Below are positions 1 through 12,055 of a stretch of 64,000 bases of DNA, one piece after another; positions within the stretch are counted from its first letter, which is position 1, and every line of letters starts with the position of its first letter. The notes beneath the pieces were generated by a model. It was not told where the DNA came from. It did no database searches and saw only the letters and a program-made list of their open reading frames with translations. Origin of the DNA: Cycas panzhihuaensis (lineage: Eukaryota; Plantae; Cycadophyta); contig CM041465.1 in NCBI GenBank assembly GCA_023213395.1, forward strand, positions 223,269,741-223,333,740, written 5' to 3'. The translations under genes and the position numbers were made by a program.

Positions 1-120
1 GTATCTGGTACAATAAGATGGCTATGAACTTGATGAAGCAACATGGGAATCAATCGGTTTTGTCAGGAAATATTTATATCTTCTACGCTTTTGGGACTCA
101 ATGTCTCAGAGGGGGGCACT
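1..120 (+). pseudogene. 3' end of Ty3/Gypsy chromovirus pol (chromodomain remnant) and polypurine tract
   Basis: Translates YLVQ*DGYELDEATWE (chromodomain YLVKW..Y...EATWE). PPT AGAGGGGGG at 108-116 precedes TGTTACA at 121. Confidence 0.8.
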
Positions 121-526
121 TGTTACATAATTGTTACAGCTAGAAAAATATGAGTTTCTATACATATGACCAAGGTGTGTAAAGGTTAATGTTAGCTATT
201 AATATGTGTATGCAAGTCAAATAAGTCTACCAATGGGTTTGAAGGCTAAATGCCCCACTAATAAGATTCTATGGGAAGTGGCTGCTTTTGCCTATTTAAG
301 GTTGAATGTTTATAAAGAGAGTTTTATGTCGAGTTTATTTGTAATATCATACTTTGTATGAACTTAGTGTCCATTTAGTGCTCTTATAAGCATCCTTTTG
401 TCCTCTTATAATATTTTCCTAAATGAAATCTATTAATAAAAATTTGTTGGTTGCTCATTTTATGCTTCTTTGGGCTCTTTTGTTACTAGTTGGTGTAGAA
501 TTGCTAGTTAGAACCATTCCATTACA
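121..526 (+). mobile_element. 3' LTR of a chromovirus whose body lies upstream of the window
   Basis: Starts TG right after the PPT, has a TATA-like CCTATTTAAG near 292, and ends ATTACA at 526 exactly where the minus-strand RT reading (..LRLMLDICGK) breaks off. Confidence 0.7.
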
Positions 527-1210
527 TTTTCCACAAATATCTAGCATCAATCTAAGATAACTCAAGTGTTTTTTGAGAAGAGCAATTATTTTTCCTATCG
601 CTTGTTGGGAGATATTCAAAATAACTCTTTGGAAGGTAGCTGGTATGTTAGCCAGACCAAACGACATGACTGGATAGGCATATGTAACCATTCTATCATG
701 AAGGTGGTTTTTAATTGATTTTCTAGTGTTATATGTACTTGGTTATAACCATTGAAACCATCTGTAAAAGAGAATACTTCGGGGCCCGCTACCTTCTCCA
801 AGATATCCAGCATGAAAGGGGTGGAGAATGAATATTTTTTAATAGCATTATTCAGAGCCCTATGATCAATACATAGCCATAATTTCCTCTTTTTTTTGAG
901 AACCACAACAATTGGGCTTACCCATTCACTATTCTTTACTTCAAATATGTACCCTGCTTCAAGCATTTTATTCAATCCAACTTTAATGTTTTCCTTGTAT
1001 TTGGGGTTAATTCAATATGAGCACTACCTAACTAACTTTGCCCCATTGATTAACTTAATTTTATGTTCTCCTAGTTTAGGTGGTATTCCATTTAGGTCTT
1101 TATAGGACTAAACAAATACATCTTTATATTCTAGAAAGAGGGTTATTACTTGATTTATTGTTTCCTCATCCTAGTAGTCTCCTAAGGTGACATACTGGGG
1201 TTGCTCCTCT
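527..1210 (-). pseudogene. Gypsy reverse transcriptase N-terminal half, frameshifted
   Basis: SEWVSPIVVVLKK..LCIDHRALN..FSFTDGFNGYNQV and MSFGLANIPATFQR motifs (ORFs 616..975, 455..691). Confidence 0.92.
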
Positions 1211-1504
1211 ATTTTGATATTGATTATTTAGACTTTCAATTCTTTACTTTGGACAGACTTGCTATCTTCTCCTAGTGCATATGCTAGTGTTTGATCTATT
1301 GCTTGACTGCCATATTCTAATGTAGAATATGCAATAGGAAAATTTTGGAAATCCTCCCAACTCTCCTGAGTTAAAAGAGATCCGAGCTCTTGTTGTGGAC
1401 CCTCTTTTGTGATAGATTCCATTTGGAAACATCCAACAACAAAGTTTGTTGTCTTTGCTTTTAATGCTAACATAACTACTTGTATTATGGGATTTGCTAT
1501 GTGA

Positions 1505-1730
1505 TATGCAAAAGTTTGGTAGAAATCCTTGATTAGTATCTCCTATTTTACCCTTTGTGATTTCTCATAGCGTTTGGTACCATTTTTGGCTAACATCTTG
1601 GAAGGTAATGGCCTATGAATGGGTCCATTCCTATCTTGAAATATTATACTCTTCCTATATTTTAACACAATTCCTAATATGGTCCTGGAGATTATCCCTA
1701 TTATAGAATTTTGGGAGTTCGAAGTCTCCC
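1505..1730 (-). pseudogene. Second Retrotrans_gag/capsid-like domain between PR and RT
   Basis: Manual translation DFELPKFYNRDNLQDHIRNCVKI*EEYNISR*EWTHS*AITFQDVSQKWYQTL*EITKGK*EILIKDFYQTF fits the capsid pattern PKF.G.D.P..H....F..TL...A..WY......W..L...F. Confidence 0.7.
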
Positions 1731-2399
1731 TTTTTGAAATTTACATTGGAATTTTTATTGCATGTCAGTCCAATTTTTGAATTACAAATAGTGTGTGTGG
1801 TAACATGCAAAGGCTTGTCTCGTTAAGGACAAGGAAGGATATACATCCATAAACTCTCTTGCCATTCATTATCTTTTAAAATTTGAATACATAATTTCAA
1901 ATGTTTTTTAACAGCATTTAATTTTCCCTAATACTATGGAAAAGTTGCAAGATTTTGTTGAACAATTTAAGATTACCTTGTATACTTTGTAGTTGTTGAA
2001 CTTGCTTGGACACAACTTTTTTACTTCATCTTAATTCTTAAAAATCTAGATCAGGCTATCTCCCATTGGTTTTATTGTTAGGTCCATCTCTTTATCATCT
2101 TATAATGAATTTGGGAATAGTTCTAGATGATAGTAGTTGGTCAACTCTATTTCTTCCCAATCATTTTGCAACCAGTTCAACATATAAGAGGAGGATGACT
2201 CACTCGGCATTGTTCTCAACATTGATTGTGTTTGATAAGTTATCTAAGTACAAACTTATGGTCAGACTGGTTTTTGTTGTGGTAGATGAGGCTCTCTCTT
2301 CATCCTCGATTCTTTCAATATTGGGTTTGTCTGAACACAAGGATAAGGTAATTACCTTTCCTCCTACTGATAACATGAATGTGAGCCTTCCCTAATCTT

Positions 2400-2760
2400 G
2401 AATTGCTTTGGTGGCCAACAACCACGGTTTTTCAAGCAACACTAGTAGGTCTTTTTATGGTTTTGCATCCGCACTACCGTGAAGTTCATCAAGACAATTA
2501 TTTTGACCACTACTATTGGCACACTCATTAGGGTATCCATGGTTCTTGCCTACAATTGATTAGCCAAATTGATGGAATAGTTTAGGGCAACCAGTTTTGG
2601 TGTTCCTAGTGCTATCCAAGAGGTTTTCGGTAACACATTTACCCTTGATCCTCGGTCCACAATGGTTTTACACAAGGTCATCCAAAAAATGACCATTAGA
2701 ACCCTCGAGTCCACAACATCATTTTTCAATGCCCATAATACTGGTTTTAATATAGTCTAG
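2400..2760 (-). pseudogene. Aspartic protease remnant
   Basis: IVDRGSRVNVLPKT (D-S/T-G site decayed) near 2660, followed by a LLEKPVV/LLGRPW-like stretch near 2430. Confidence 0.8.
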
Positions 2761-3169
2761 AATAATTTGTTGGAAATATCTAGCCTCCCACCACTTGAAA
2801 ACAACCACAATCAGAATGGTTACTCTTAGTTCGATTAGTAGATCTCGAATTGATTGTAATCTTTGCTAGGGGTTCATTCTTTTCTTATATAATGGGGGCT
2901 CTTGAGAAGCTTTTTTTCTTTTATATGCATGTCCTTTGAAATGCTGCTCCTGTTGGACCTCTTCCTACTATACTTCATTCATTGCTTTGTGCAAACTTTT
3001 CACAGCTTCTTGAAGTTTTTGTTATTTTACTATGGGTTCTAGAAAGTTCCTTACCACTAGAGTTATTACCATTTTCCCGCTTCAGGTTTGCAATTATGGA
3101 GCCACCTCCTTATCTAGGACTTTTGTAACTGGATTGGTTGTCTGGACTAAAAGACTTGGGTTCTTCGGA

Positions 3170-4340
3170 TAATTGATCCATTTGTGATCAAATGGCCAGT
3201 ATTCCTCACAAATATATTCTCCTCCTTTTTCTCTCCATAGGGCATTTTGATTGGTAGTGACCCCATCTTTGATAACAAATAGCATCATATTGGTTTTGTC
3301 TTTCCCTTGTGTTGCTTCTGTGTACCTCGGTCCATTTTTCGATAAAACACATTTCTGGTTTTAGATTCTTACTATTTAGGTGCTTGTCAAAAATAACATT
3401 CCCACATGTTGAGGTTATTTCTTCAATAATTTCCATACCATTTGCCTATTGTTGTCCCTTGATGTTCATTGAATAGGTGTCCTTGTTAATTGTAAGGTGG
3501 AGGGCACAATATGTTTCCCCTAAATATTTTAAGGCGTAGTCATGCTAGCCCTGCTCTCAAACTTTTAATTTCTTGATTTTGTTGCATTCCCATCGGTATT
3601 GAAATTGTCAGTTGTTGCTTCAAGGCCTCCACTTCCCTTTTAAGGACTCGAGCTCCATATTTGAGCTCATCTATGGAGTATGTTGGGAATTGTATCCCAA
3701 TTGTTGCAAACCTTGCTATGAGTTGGCTATTGCACGAACATTTGCTCCTTGTTGAAAATTTGTTGGTGATTGTTGCAAATTCATTCATATTTGGGATACT
3801 TGGTACAAGCTTGGTCCAAACTAAAAATTTGACCTTATCTATATCATTAGTTATAGATATGTTGTCTTCATTTGATTTTCAAACTTTAATGCTAACTCCC
3901 ACACTTATTCATAATTATTCATGGGGTGTACGGTCACCTTCTCCCTTAATTGAGGGATCGACTCTTAAACAAAATATTTTAAGGCTAACATGGATTGATT
4001 GGAGTTGTTCCATCCATTTTGTTCATTATAATTCTCATTTGCCCATCAAAGTCACTTATTGATTCACCTGGAAGTTGGCGAATCTCCTGCAGTGTTTGAA
4101 AAATTGCCATAGGATCTTGGAACTTCTAGAATTGATCAATAAAGCATATTTGCAATTATTTCAATGTTGAATTCTGTACTAAGATATACTAGTACCATAA
4201 GATCGCAACTCCCATGAAGGTTGAAGAAATTCTTTCTTTGATTTATTTAGGATCCTAAATCTTTTTTATCTTTAGCATGTTTGAAAACAATACTAAATGG
4301 TCACTTGGGTCTCTTGATTCATCAAATTGCAAGTTTGAAA
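3170..4340 (-). pseudogene. gag (capsid N-term plus CCHC zinc-knuckle remnants)
   Basis: LQFDESRDPSDHLVLF..STFMGVAILWY..L*LQICFIDQF at ~4130-4335; ICYQRWGHYQSKCP knuckle at ~3240-3285. Confidence 0.8.
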
Positions 4341-6269
4341 AAGCAACATCATTCTGAATAATCACATAAGGGACTCTCAACCGTGGCCCATTTACCACCT
4401 TTGTGTTCACGCCTCCTTGTCTTGTTCATCCTGGTACAACACCTTCAGGTGTATTAGTATCACATGTTAGTGGTTGACTACTACCACCCCCTATCAATGA
4501 ATGAAGTGATGTCCCTTACAATGGACTTCCTTCTCTTGCATTTATCCCATTTTCTAATAGTGGTTGATTGCCACTAAACCCAATGGTGCTTCCCATTTGA
4601 TAGGGGCTTCCTTCTCCTTGTGAAATGAATGATCCTAAAAAGATTGAACTATTGAGCCTTTCTCCCATTCTATCGAACAAGGGATTCTAAGTGTGGCTGA
4701 AAGGAGTTTGTATTTCTATGATAGGGTGATCCCATCCATTACTCGAAGTACTGCAACTTTCTAAAATTATGGAATTGCTCTCACCATTTGATGATGTTGA
4801 CTTTCTTGACACCTTGGTGTCTAGAGATGTTAGTTGCAAACTATCTTCATTAACAAGATCCTCTTCTAATGCACACCTCCAATTGTTTTCTGAATTCCTT
4901 TTCACTTCTTATGTTTGAACTTCCTCTTCTTGGACTGGCGTTTTTTATCTTGGATGCTTTTGACTTCACCGAGTCTTTCTCTTTTGGTTTATCTTCTGGA
5001 ATAACTTTTTTTTTTAAACTAACGATTGCATTTAGTAGTTATGTCTTAGGGATGAGATGGGAGTTTAGAACCCATTCACTAATACGCCTTCATTCATTTC
5101 ATGTGCCTCAACACAAAAGCAAAATTTCAACAGGCCTTTCTAGTTGGCTGGGTGGTAAATCCCCTATGAGTAGTCTATCTTTTCCCTAAAAAAAAAAACG
5201 TTTTATGCTTTCATTTGCATCAATGTTCTCATGATTTTATATGATGAACATTTATTTATATTTTATTACATGCTTCAAAGATAACGTTAGATTATGTGTT
5301 TGTTCTTATATTGTATAAATAATTCATCTGCATATTTAAAACATATAAAATGCATGGATTTAAATAATTCTTCAAACTACTAGCATGGTATGTTGCTTGC
5401 AAGTCCTTTAGTTTGTTACATGTGTAAATTTGACTTCAAATAGTCTAGGAGGTTGTTACTGAGTGTCTTTGTGAAGAGGGGCCATTACATTAAGAAATAA
5501 GCAAATAAAATAAAAATTGGTCAAATGGACCAATAAAGCAATGGAGAAAGTACCATGGGAATTAGCTACTTTTCTTGTAGATGTTGATCTTATTAAGAAT
5601 AATGATCTCCTCAAGGTGGATAGAGATGTCATAAGAAGGAAACTAATCCTAAATTTAACTCAAAAAATTCAGACAATTCAAAGAGTAAGTGAACTTTTAA
5701 AGTTCTCTATCATGTGGTATTAGGGCAACTTCTTGGCCCTACGCATCCACTTGGTAAGAAGTCCATTGATAATTTGTTTTGAAATTATAAGCACTCTCAT
5801 CATTACCCCTGGTATTGATATTATAGTCTTAATCAAACCTTGTGCAAGGTTAATACAAACCCTGTGCCTGCTCTCCTTCTTTCCCCACCATTTATCTATC
5901 CTTCTAGCCTTGTCTATCTTTCAATGTAGCCTCATTAGAATCACCTTGTTCCCTTCTATCACTTTTTCTCATATGCACGTAGTAGTCTAGACTACATTTG
6001 TCTATCAAGTTGGCATCTTACTTCTCTTCCTATGTGTTTGTTGCACTAATCTTATCTTTTTCTTGTATGTCTTAATTATGTATCATTCTTACGTATTAGG
6101 TCATTCCCCCTTGCTTCTTTCATTACCATCCCTATCCTTCATCCTTGTTGTCATCTCACTCCATTGGTCAATTGTTATTCCAATGATCATACAGACTTAT
6201 GTGTTAGTTGCCACCTCAACACAAGCACACAAGATAATATCCTTATAGAAATAATGACCTAAATTACTG

Positions 6270-7860
6270 CGTACATTATGAAGATGTCTGGTTAACCAGA
6301 AAAAGAATCATATCATGATAATTTAGATGGGACATATTATTTCAAGAATATTCACAAAAAAAAATATATTAATTTAGACAAGAAAATGTGATTTATGATT
6401 CCCTTTCACAAATTCCCCATGGCTTTAGAATCTTTATTATATCCTTGATTATCTTGAAACATAGCCAAATTATACATGGTGTAGAAAGCTTAAAAAATCC
6501 TTATAAAAAGCTTAAATAATCCTTATAAAAAGCTTAAATAACTTACAAAGACTTCTAATCAAAGGATAATGGACTTTGGAAAGGAAAATGGGTTGTCCTA
6601 TAAGATATGATAGAACTCAAATACAAAGTCCTTTATGAGTCACATCATAGTTTTTTTGCAAGCAACATTACATAGACAAAATAAAAGAGTATTAAACAAT
6701 ATGCTTATTGGAAAAACATGAACCAAGAGATAGTAGACTATATAAAAGCTTGTTAACTATGCTAAGTAAATAAGGTAGAAAGTGAAAAAATTGTAAGGTT
6801 GCTAATGTCACTTCTAATTTGAGAAAGAAAGTGGCATGGTGTTTCAACATACTTTATTATAAAATTACCAAAAGCATAAAAAAACAAAATGATGAAATCT
6901 TAGTAGTTGCTCATAGACTTAATAAGATAGTAAGGTTTATACTATGAAAAGTGACACACAAAGGGAACTAAATAGTGGAAAAGTTTGGATCTCTAAAATC
7001 AATAGAAGTGATAGGGAGGAAAAGTTTACAAGTAAGCTTTGACAAGAATTGTTCAAATCACTAAAATTAGAATTACAATTTAATAGTGGAGATTGCTCAT
7101 AAATTGATGGATAGACTAAAAGGTTTAATCAAATAATGAAAGATATACTAAGATCTTATGTTGCTAATAAGCAAATATTTAAGGAAGAAAACCTCCCATG
7201 TATGGCATTCTTTTATATTAATAACAAACATTCATCCACTTGGATGATGCCCTTTAAAGCAATGTATGAGAACTATCCCATAATCCCACTTAAGCTAAAT
7301 TTATAATCTTATAGAGGGAAATCACTAATATTCTTTTAGATGTTCCAAAAAATGTAGTAAAAATTACACTTATGTAAGAAAAACATCAAAAGGACATAGG
7401 TTAACTACAAATCCGTATGTTGATTCGAAAAGAGCATAAAGAAGCTTTGAAATGGGGGATAAAGTTTTCTTAAGAGTTAAACCAAATTCAAATCTTTCCA
7501 CTTATAAACATAACAAAAAATCCTCGTGATTTTGTGGACTATTCTAAGTGGTAGAAAAGTTAAATATCATTGCATATATAATTGCAATTATCCTCACATA
7601 TAAAAATTTATCTAGTATTCCATGTTAGCTTTCTCAAAAAGGCCTTATCTAGACTTGACAAAAGTTATCAACAAATGTTGATGTTTAACAAGTTAAATGA
7701 ATCCCTAATGATCTAGTTGAAATACTAAGCATAATGATTAAGAAATTGAAAAATAAGGAAATATAAAAATATTTAATCAACTAGACTAATAAACTGATGG
7801 AGGAATCAACATGTAAATCAACTATTTTTGCAAGAGAAGTTGGCCTCTTTAAGAACAATG
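6270..7860 (+). pseudogene. Chromovirus pol 3' part: RNase H C-terminus, integrase, chromodomain (Tekay/Del-like), heavily decayed
   Basis: YWKNMNQEIVDYIKAC*LC zinc-binding region, SDREEKFTS, IDG*TKRFNQIMKDIL, GMMPFKAMY-like, FHVSFLKK and chromodomain LVEILS..KKLKNKEI*KYLIN*TNKLMEEST. PPT AAGGCAAGAGGAG at 7869-7881. Confidence 0.88.
6485..6546. repeat. 22-bp tandem repeat (~2.7 copies) AAAGCTTAAATAATCCTTATAA
   Basis: Directly visible, inside the pol remnant. Confidence 0.85.
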
Positions 7861-7882
7861 ATTTCCCCAAGGCAAGAGGAGT

Positions 7883-10152
7883 TGTCAGAAGATGGAAATT
7901 AATTAACCTTCAATCTAACTTAGAAAAGTCAAGATAACTCAAAGAGTGAATTAACTCTTAAAGGTTATGTAGAAGAGATGGCTTCTCATTTATCACTAGA
8001 AAAGCAAGCTTAACACATGAAGGTCCTCCATAATTTCTCCAAAACCAAACTCTAATATTTTCTCTTATATATGCATGCCTTAAGTGAGGAAAATCGTCAT
8101 GGTATCATTTAAAAAAGGGGATATTGATGGAGTAAGGTGATGAAAAGGACTAAGGAGCTTATAGGAATCTCTTCAAATCCTATCACATCTTCATCATCAA
8201 TGAAGGGTACCCCTAAACTTTACACTCAGATGGTTAACTTATCTTATTCTATGCTCATGATTATTTTTGGAATAAAAAGAGTTGTTTTTTTTCCTTTTCT
8301 TTTGATATATTTTTATTTTCTAAAATTTTACATTACTAAATTTATTTATGTCAATGAATTTTCTTTAACATAGCCATTTCTTGAGTATATCCTAAGTACA
8401 ATTATGATAACTTGAAAAGATACTTAGTAGGTTACCATGTGACCCAACTAATAACTATACAAACCTATCTCATTCACATGGCTATATAGTCTTGTAGAAG
8501 GTTCATGTGGACACCACAAGTTTGTGTAGTTTACATTTTAGACATATGGCTAGAGCTAGACTACACAACCCCTATAAAAGTCTTGATCTACATATGAGGT
8601 TATATTAGCTCTTTTGGTGGTTGTATAGATCTGCACTCATAGAGCCATTTGACCCTTTATGTGTGTGAGTTGCATATGGACCCTGATTAGCCACTTTTTA
8701 GTGAAGAATTTTGTTAATAGGAATAAATCAAAAAAATTATATGAATATAAACATTTAAATTAAAATTTCATTTCATTCTTACTCTTGAAGAATTTTTGAA
8801 TTTTAATGGGAAAGAAAAGGAACCTAGAATGGAGAAATAAATGGCATTATTATTTGAAATAGAAAATTAAATGATGTCTGTGGTTTGAATGGAAAATTTC
8901 TATTCTTATTTTTGTGATATAACTATACATAATATAACCATGAAATATAATTAGGGTTTATACAAGTCATGCTTTTATGGCCCTTGACATTTATGGATGG
9001 ATATTACATTAATTAGAAATAAAAAATGGAAATATTATATTGAATAGTTTTTGAAGATTATTTGATTTATGGCAACTTTATGAACAAGCCATTGTATTAA
9101 ATGGATGAATGAATTATTCCATTTCTTAAACTTATTAATTATTTTTTAGGAATAATTGTAAACATATTTCTTAATCCCTAAAACCAACCCATAACATGAA
9201 ACCCAAAACTTGGTTGCGTAAGGATGTATATGGCCTCATCTATAGGGATGTATGGGGGAATAATCATATGCACAGTGATGCATATGGCCTCTTGCATAAG
9301 GGTACAAGAGGGTTGAGTAGCTCATATGCATATGGATATATGTGGTCTATTACATATAGATACTTGAGAGAATTTTGATCTATACATGGGGATGCATATG
9401 GCTTTATGTAGAGGGATGCATGAAAAGACAAAGGGTAATATAATGAGAAATCGCTTATGTGAATGAATTGTGGGCCATGATAGCTTATGCATGGTGATAT
9501 ACATTTGTTTCCCTTCTAGCTTGTGATTTTCATTGAGGAAGAGTTCATCGGGATGAACTAGTATGATACATAGGGATGGGTTGGCACCAAACCTACAAGA
9601 ATAAAATGATGTTATGAAGTCCATAGGGATGGGCTATAAGGTTGAGGTACTCTTGAGAATGGGAGCTCTAAACTTGATAGTGGTTATTTACCGAAAGGTG
9701 ATTTTTGGCCAATTATATTTATCCCTATAAATATCACTAAGAGGCAAGAGCTTGATGGTGCCCCCTCCTTGTTTAAGGGAGAGATTTCTCATTGAAGGGG
9801 TGGTTTCATTATACCTGAGGAAGATGCTACCCCAAAACAGAGGTGTTCCCATGCTAAAAAATGAGATATGAACAACATTCCTATATTTGGTATGCGAGAG
9901 CACCACCACAAAGATGGGCATTGTAAATGATGCATATGTCTCACTTGAGTGGTCATAGTTTTAGAGTTGAGTTGGGGCTAATATGTATGGAAAAGCTTGA
10001 CATTTGATTTAATGTCACATTGTGACTTCTTATTCAAAACTTGAAACATAAAACTCATTATTCCCTTTTGGCCTTATTCATATAACTCTATTAGTTAGTG
10101 TATTATTATGTGTGTGTTTTAGAAGGTGGGAGATGAGATGAGGCTTGTGATA
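7883..10152 (+). mobile_element. LTR-A of Tekay-like chromovirus (~2.3 kb)
   Basis: TGTCAG right after the PPT; ends GTGATA (decayed GTGACA) before PBS TGGTATGAGGCT. From ~8055 onward it aligns with LTR-B (30535-31222 plus 34853-36189). Confidence 0.72.
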
Positions 10153-10153
10153 G

Positions 10154-10165
10154 TGGTATGAGGCT
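10154..10165 (+). promoter_or_regulatory. Primer-binding site, tRNA-iMet type (decayed)
   Basis: TGGTATGAGGCT; the homologous position after LTR-B reads TGGTATCAGGCC (36191-36202). Confidence 0.7.
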
Positions 10166-10659
10166 AGGGGGAAGACACCCACAAAGGCATGCACTGGGGT
10201 ACCTACGAAAATGATAATGAAAGCCCCATCTCAAAAAGAGACACCAAGGTATTCACTAAGGCGTCAATAAAATTTCTAATGAAAACCCTACCATAAAAGG
10301 ATACACCTATTAAAATGAAACCTTCAAAAGAGGTTCCATGCAAAGATAAATTGGTACCTTGATCTATTCATAATCCCCTAGTATTTCAAACTCAAGGTAC
10401 TTAACATAATGCAACCACACTTGATCAAGCCCATCCCTTTATGATCTTTAATTAATCATTGATAAATATTGATAAAAAAATTGTAAGAATAAGCAACCTA
10501 ATTATAAACTTGAACTTGAGATCTAAAGTGATTCATTGAGGAAGTGGATGAATTCATGATCCTTTTTAAGGACTATATATAAAAATCTCTAGAAGGTCAA
10601 GATCATGAGGATTCTAGTAAAATCTTCAATTGAATTGCTAGTTTAGGAAGTCAAGGGGG

Positions 10660-12050
10660 ACTCTATGAAAACCCCTAATAAAAACAAGGGGAAAGAAGCA
10701 ATTGAGGTTCCTAAAGAGGAATTCATAGTTGGAGAACATTTTGTAGAAGTTGAGGTAGAACCCTCAAAATATCTTGAATCATCCACTGCCATATTAGACT
10801 TTGACCATCCACCTAAGGGAACAATATACAATAAAGAATGGAAAAGGCTATAAGATATAAGAAAACTAAACAAAAGTGAAAATCCATGCTTTTGATAAAG
10901 GGGGATGCAACTAACTATAAGTCTTGGATGGGTTCATACATTGAAAAACTAGTTTGTGGCGTTTACTATTAGCCCAATAAATAAGATTTACTTAGTGTAA
11001 TTTACCCTCACATGCAAAGAATATACTTGGTGGACAAATATTTGTATGGAAGTTAAATCAAGTCAAAGACTGCCAATAAATAAGAGATATATTGAACAAT
11101 TAGTTTGACTCTTTGATTGCCTAAGAAGATGTGTTAAAAATAATACAATTCAAAAGGAAAATGGCATATGTAAAGGAATATAACATAAAAAATAGATTTT
11201 TTTCTCTAGCATACAAAATATTCTTATAAATCATAGGATGCACCACTTTATTCAAGGCCTAAGATGTCCTATTAAGAATGCTATCATTATTATAGAGCTG
11301 ACCAAAGTAGATGAGCCAATGATTAAAGCCCTAAAAGTTGCAATGGTTTAAAATGATGGTGTGTAAAAGTAAAGAATATTAAAAAATAAACATAATTACC
11401 AAGTAGCCAATAAAAGAATAAAATCTTCTAGAGTATATTGGAAATTCCATTAAGGGAAGAAGAATTCTTGTAGGGCCCAAGCGTTAAAAAAGATTAAATT
11501 AAATGTTTTAGGTTTAGAAAGATAGGTCATGTTGTTTCATAATGTTAAATACTATTAAAGGAACAAAATGATAATACCATAAATGATCTACCAAATGTTA
11601 AACGAACCCAATGAAAATAAACTAAATAATGTGTTAACAAGGTTAGAAGGAAGGTTATTTTGAAAAGAATGAATAAGAATGGATAGAGGGATAGATTTAT
11701 GAATACTAGCCTCTTTTTAATAAGAGGACAAGTGAATGGAATGCAGACAATTTATCCGATTGATAGTGGTTGTTCCCATATCTTTATTTTTTCTAGCTTC
11801 TACAAAAATATTAATTTATTTTATCTTCCGATTAAATACAAATATTAAATGAAGTTTGTATATGGTTAAGGGATACAAGTTTGAGATCATATATAGGATA
11901 ATTACTAATCATTGTTCAAACCTATCAAGATAAGGATTTAAGAAAATGACATCTTTAATACAATTCAAAAAATTGGCTTGGAAGCCTTTATCAGCATGTC
12001 ATCCTCTATCTCTAGTAGAAGGAAATAAACCTTAAAGTGATGAAAGTACC
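10660..12050 (+). pseudogene. Chromovirus gag and protease remnants
   Basis: HFIQGLRCPIKNAI..; knuckle KCFRFRKIGHVVS*C near 11500; IDSGCSHI near 11760. Confidence 0.82.
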
Positions 12051-12055
12051 CAAAA

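Larger units (their letters stand above)
527..5150 (-). mobile_element. Truncated non-chromovirus Ty3/Gypsy element: gag - Zn knuckles - PR - second gag-like domain - RT
   Basis: Domain remnants are collinear on the minus strand. Its own LTR/PBS was not found, so the right boundary is approximate. Confidence 0.8.

Noticed and set aside
5160-5500. LTR or PBS for the 527-5150 Gypsy
   Set aside because: No recognisable PBS or partner repeat in the window; left unassigned.
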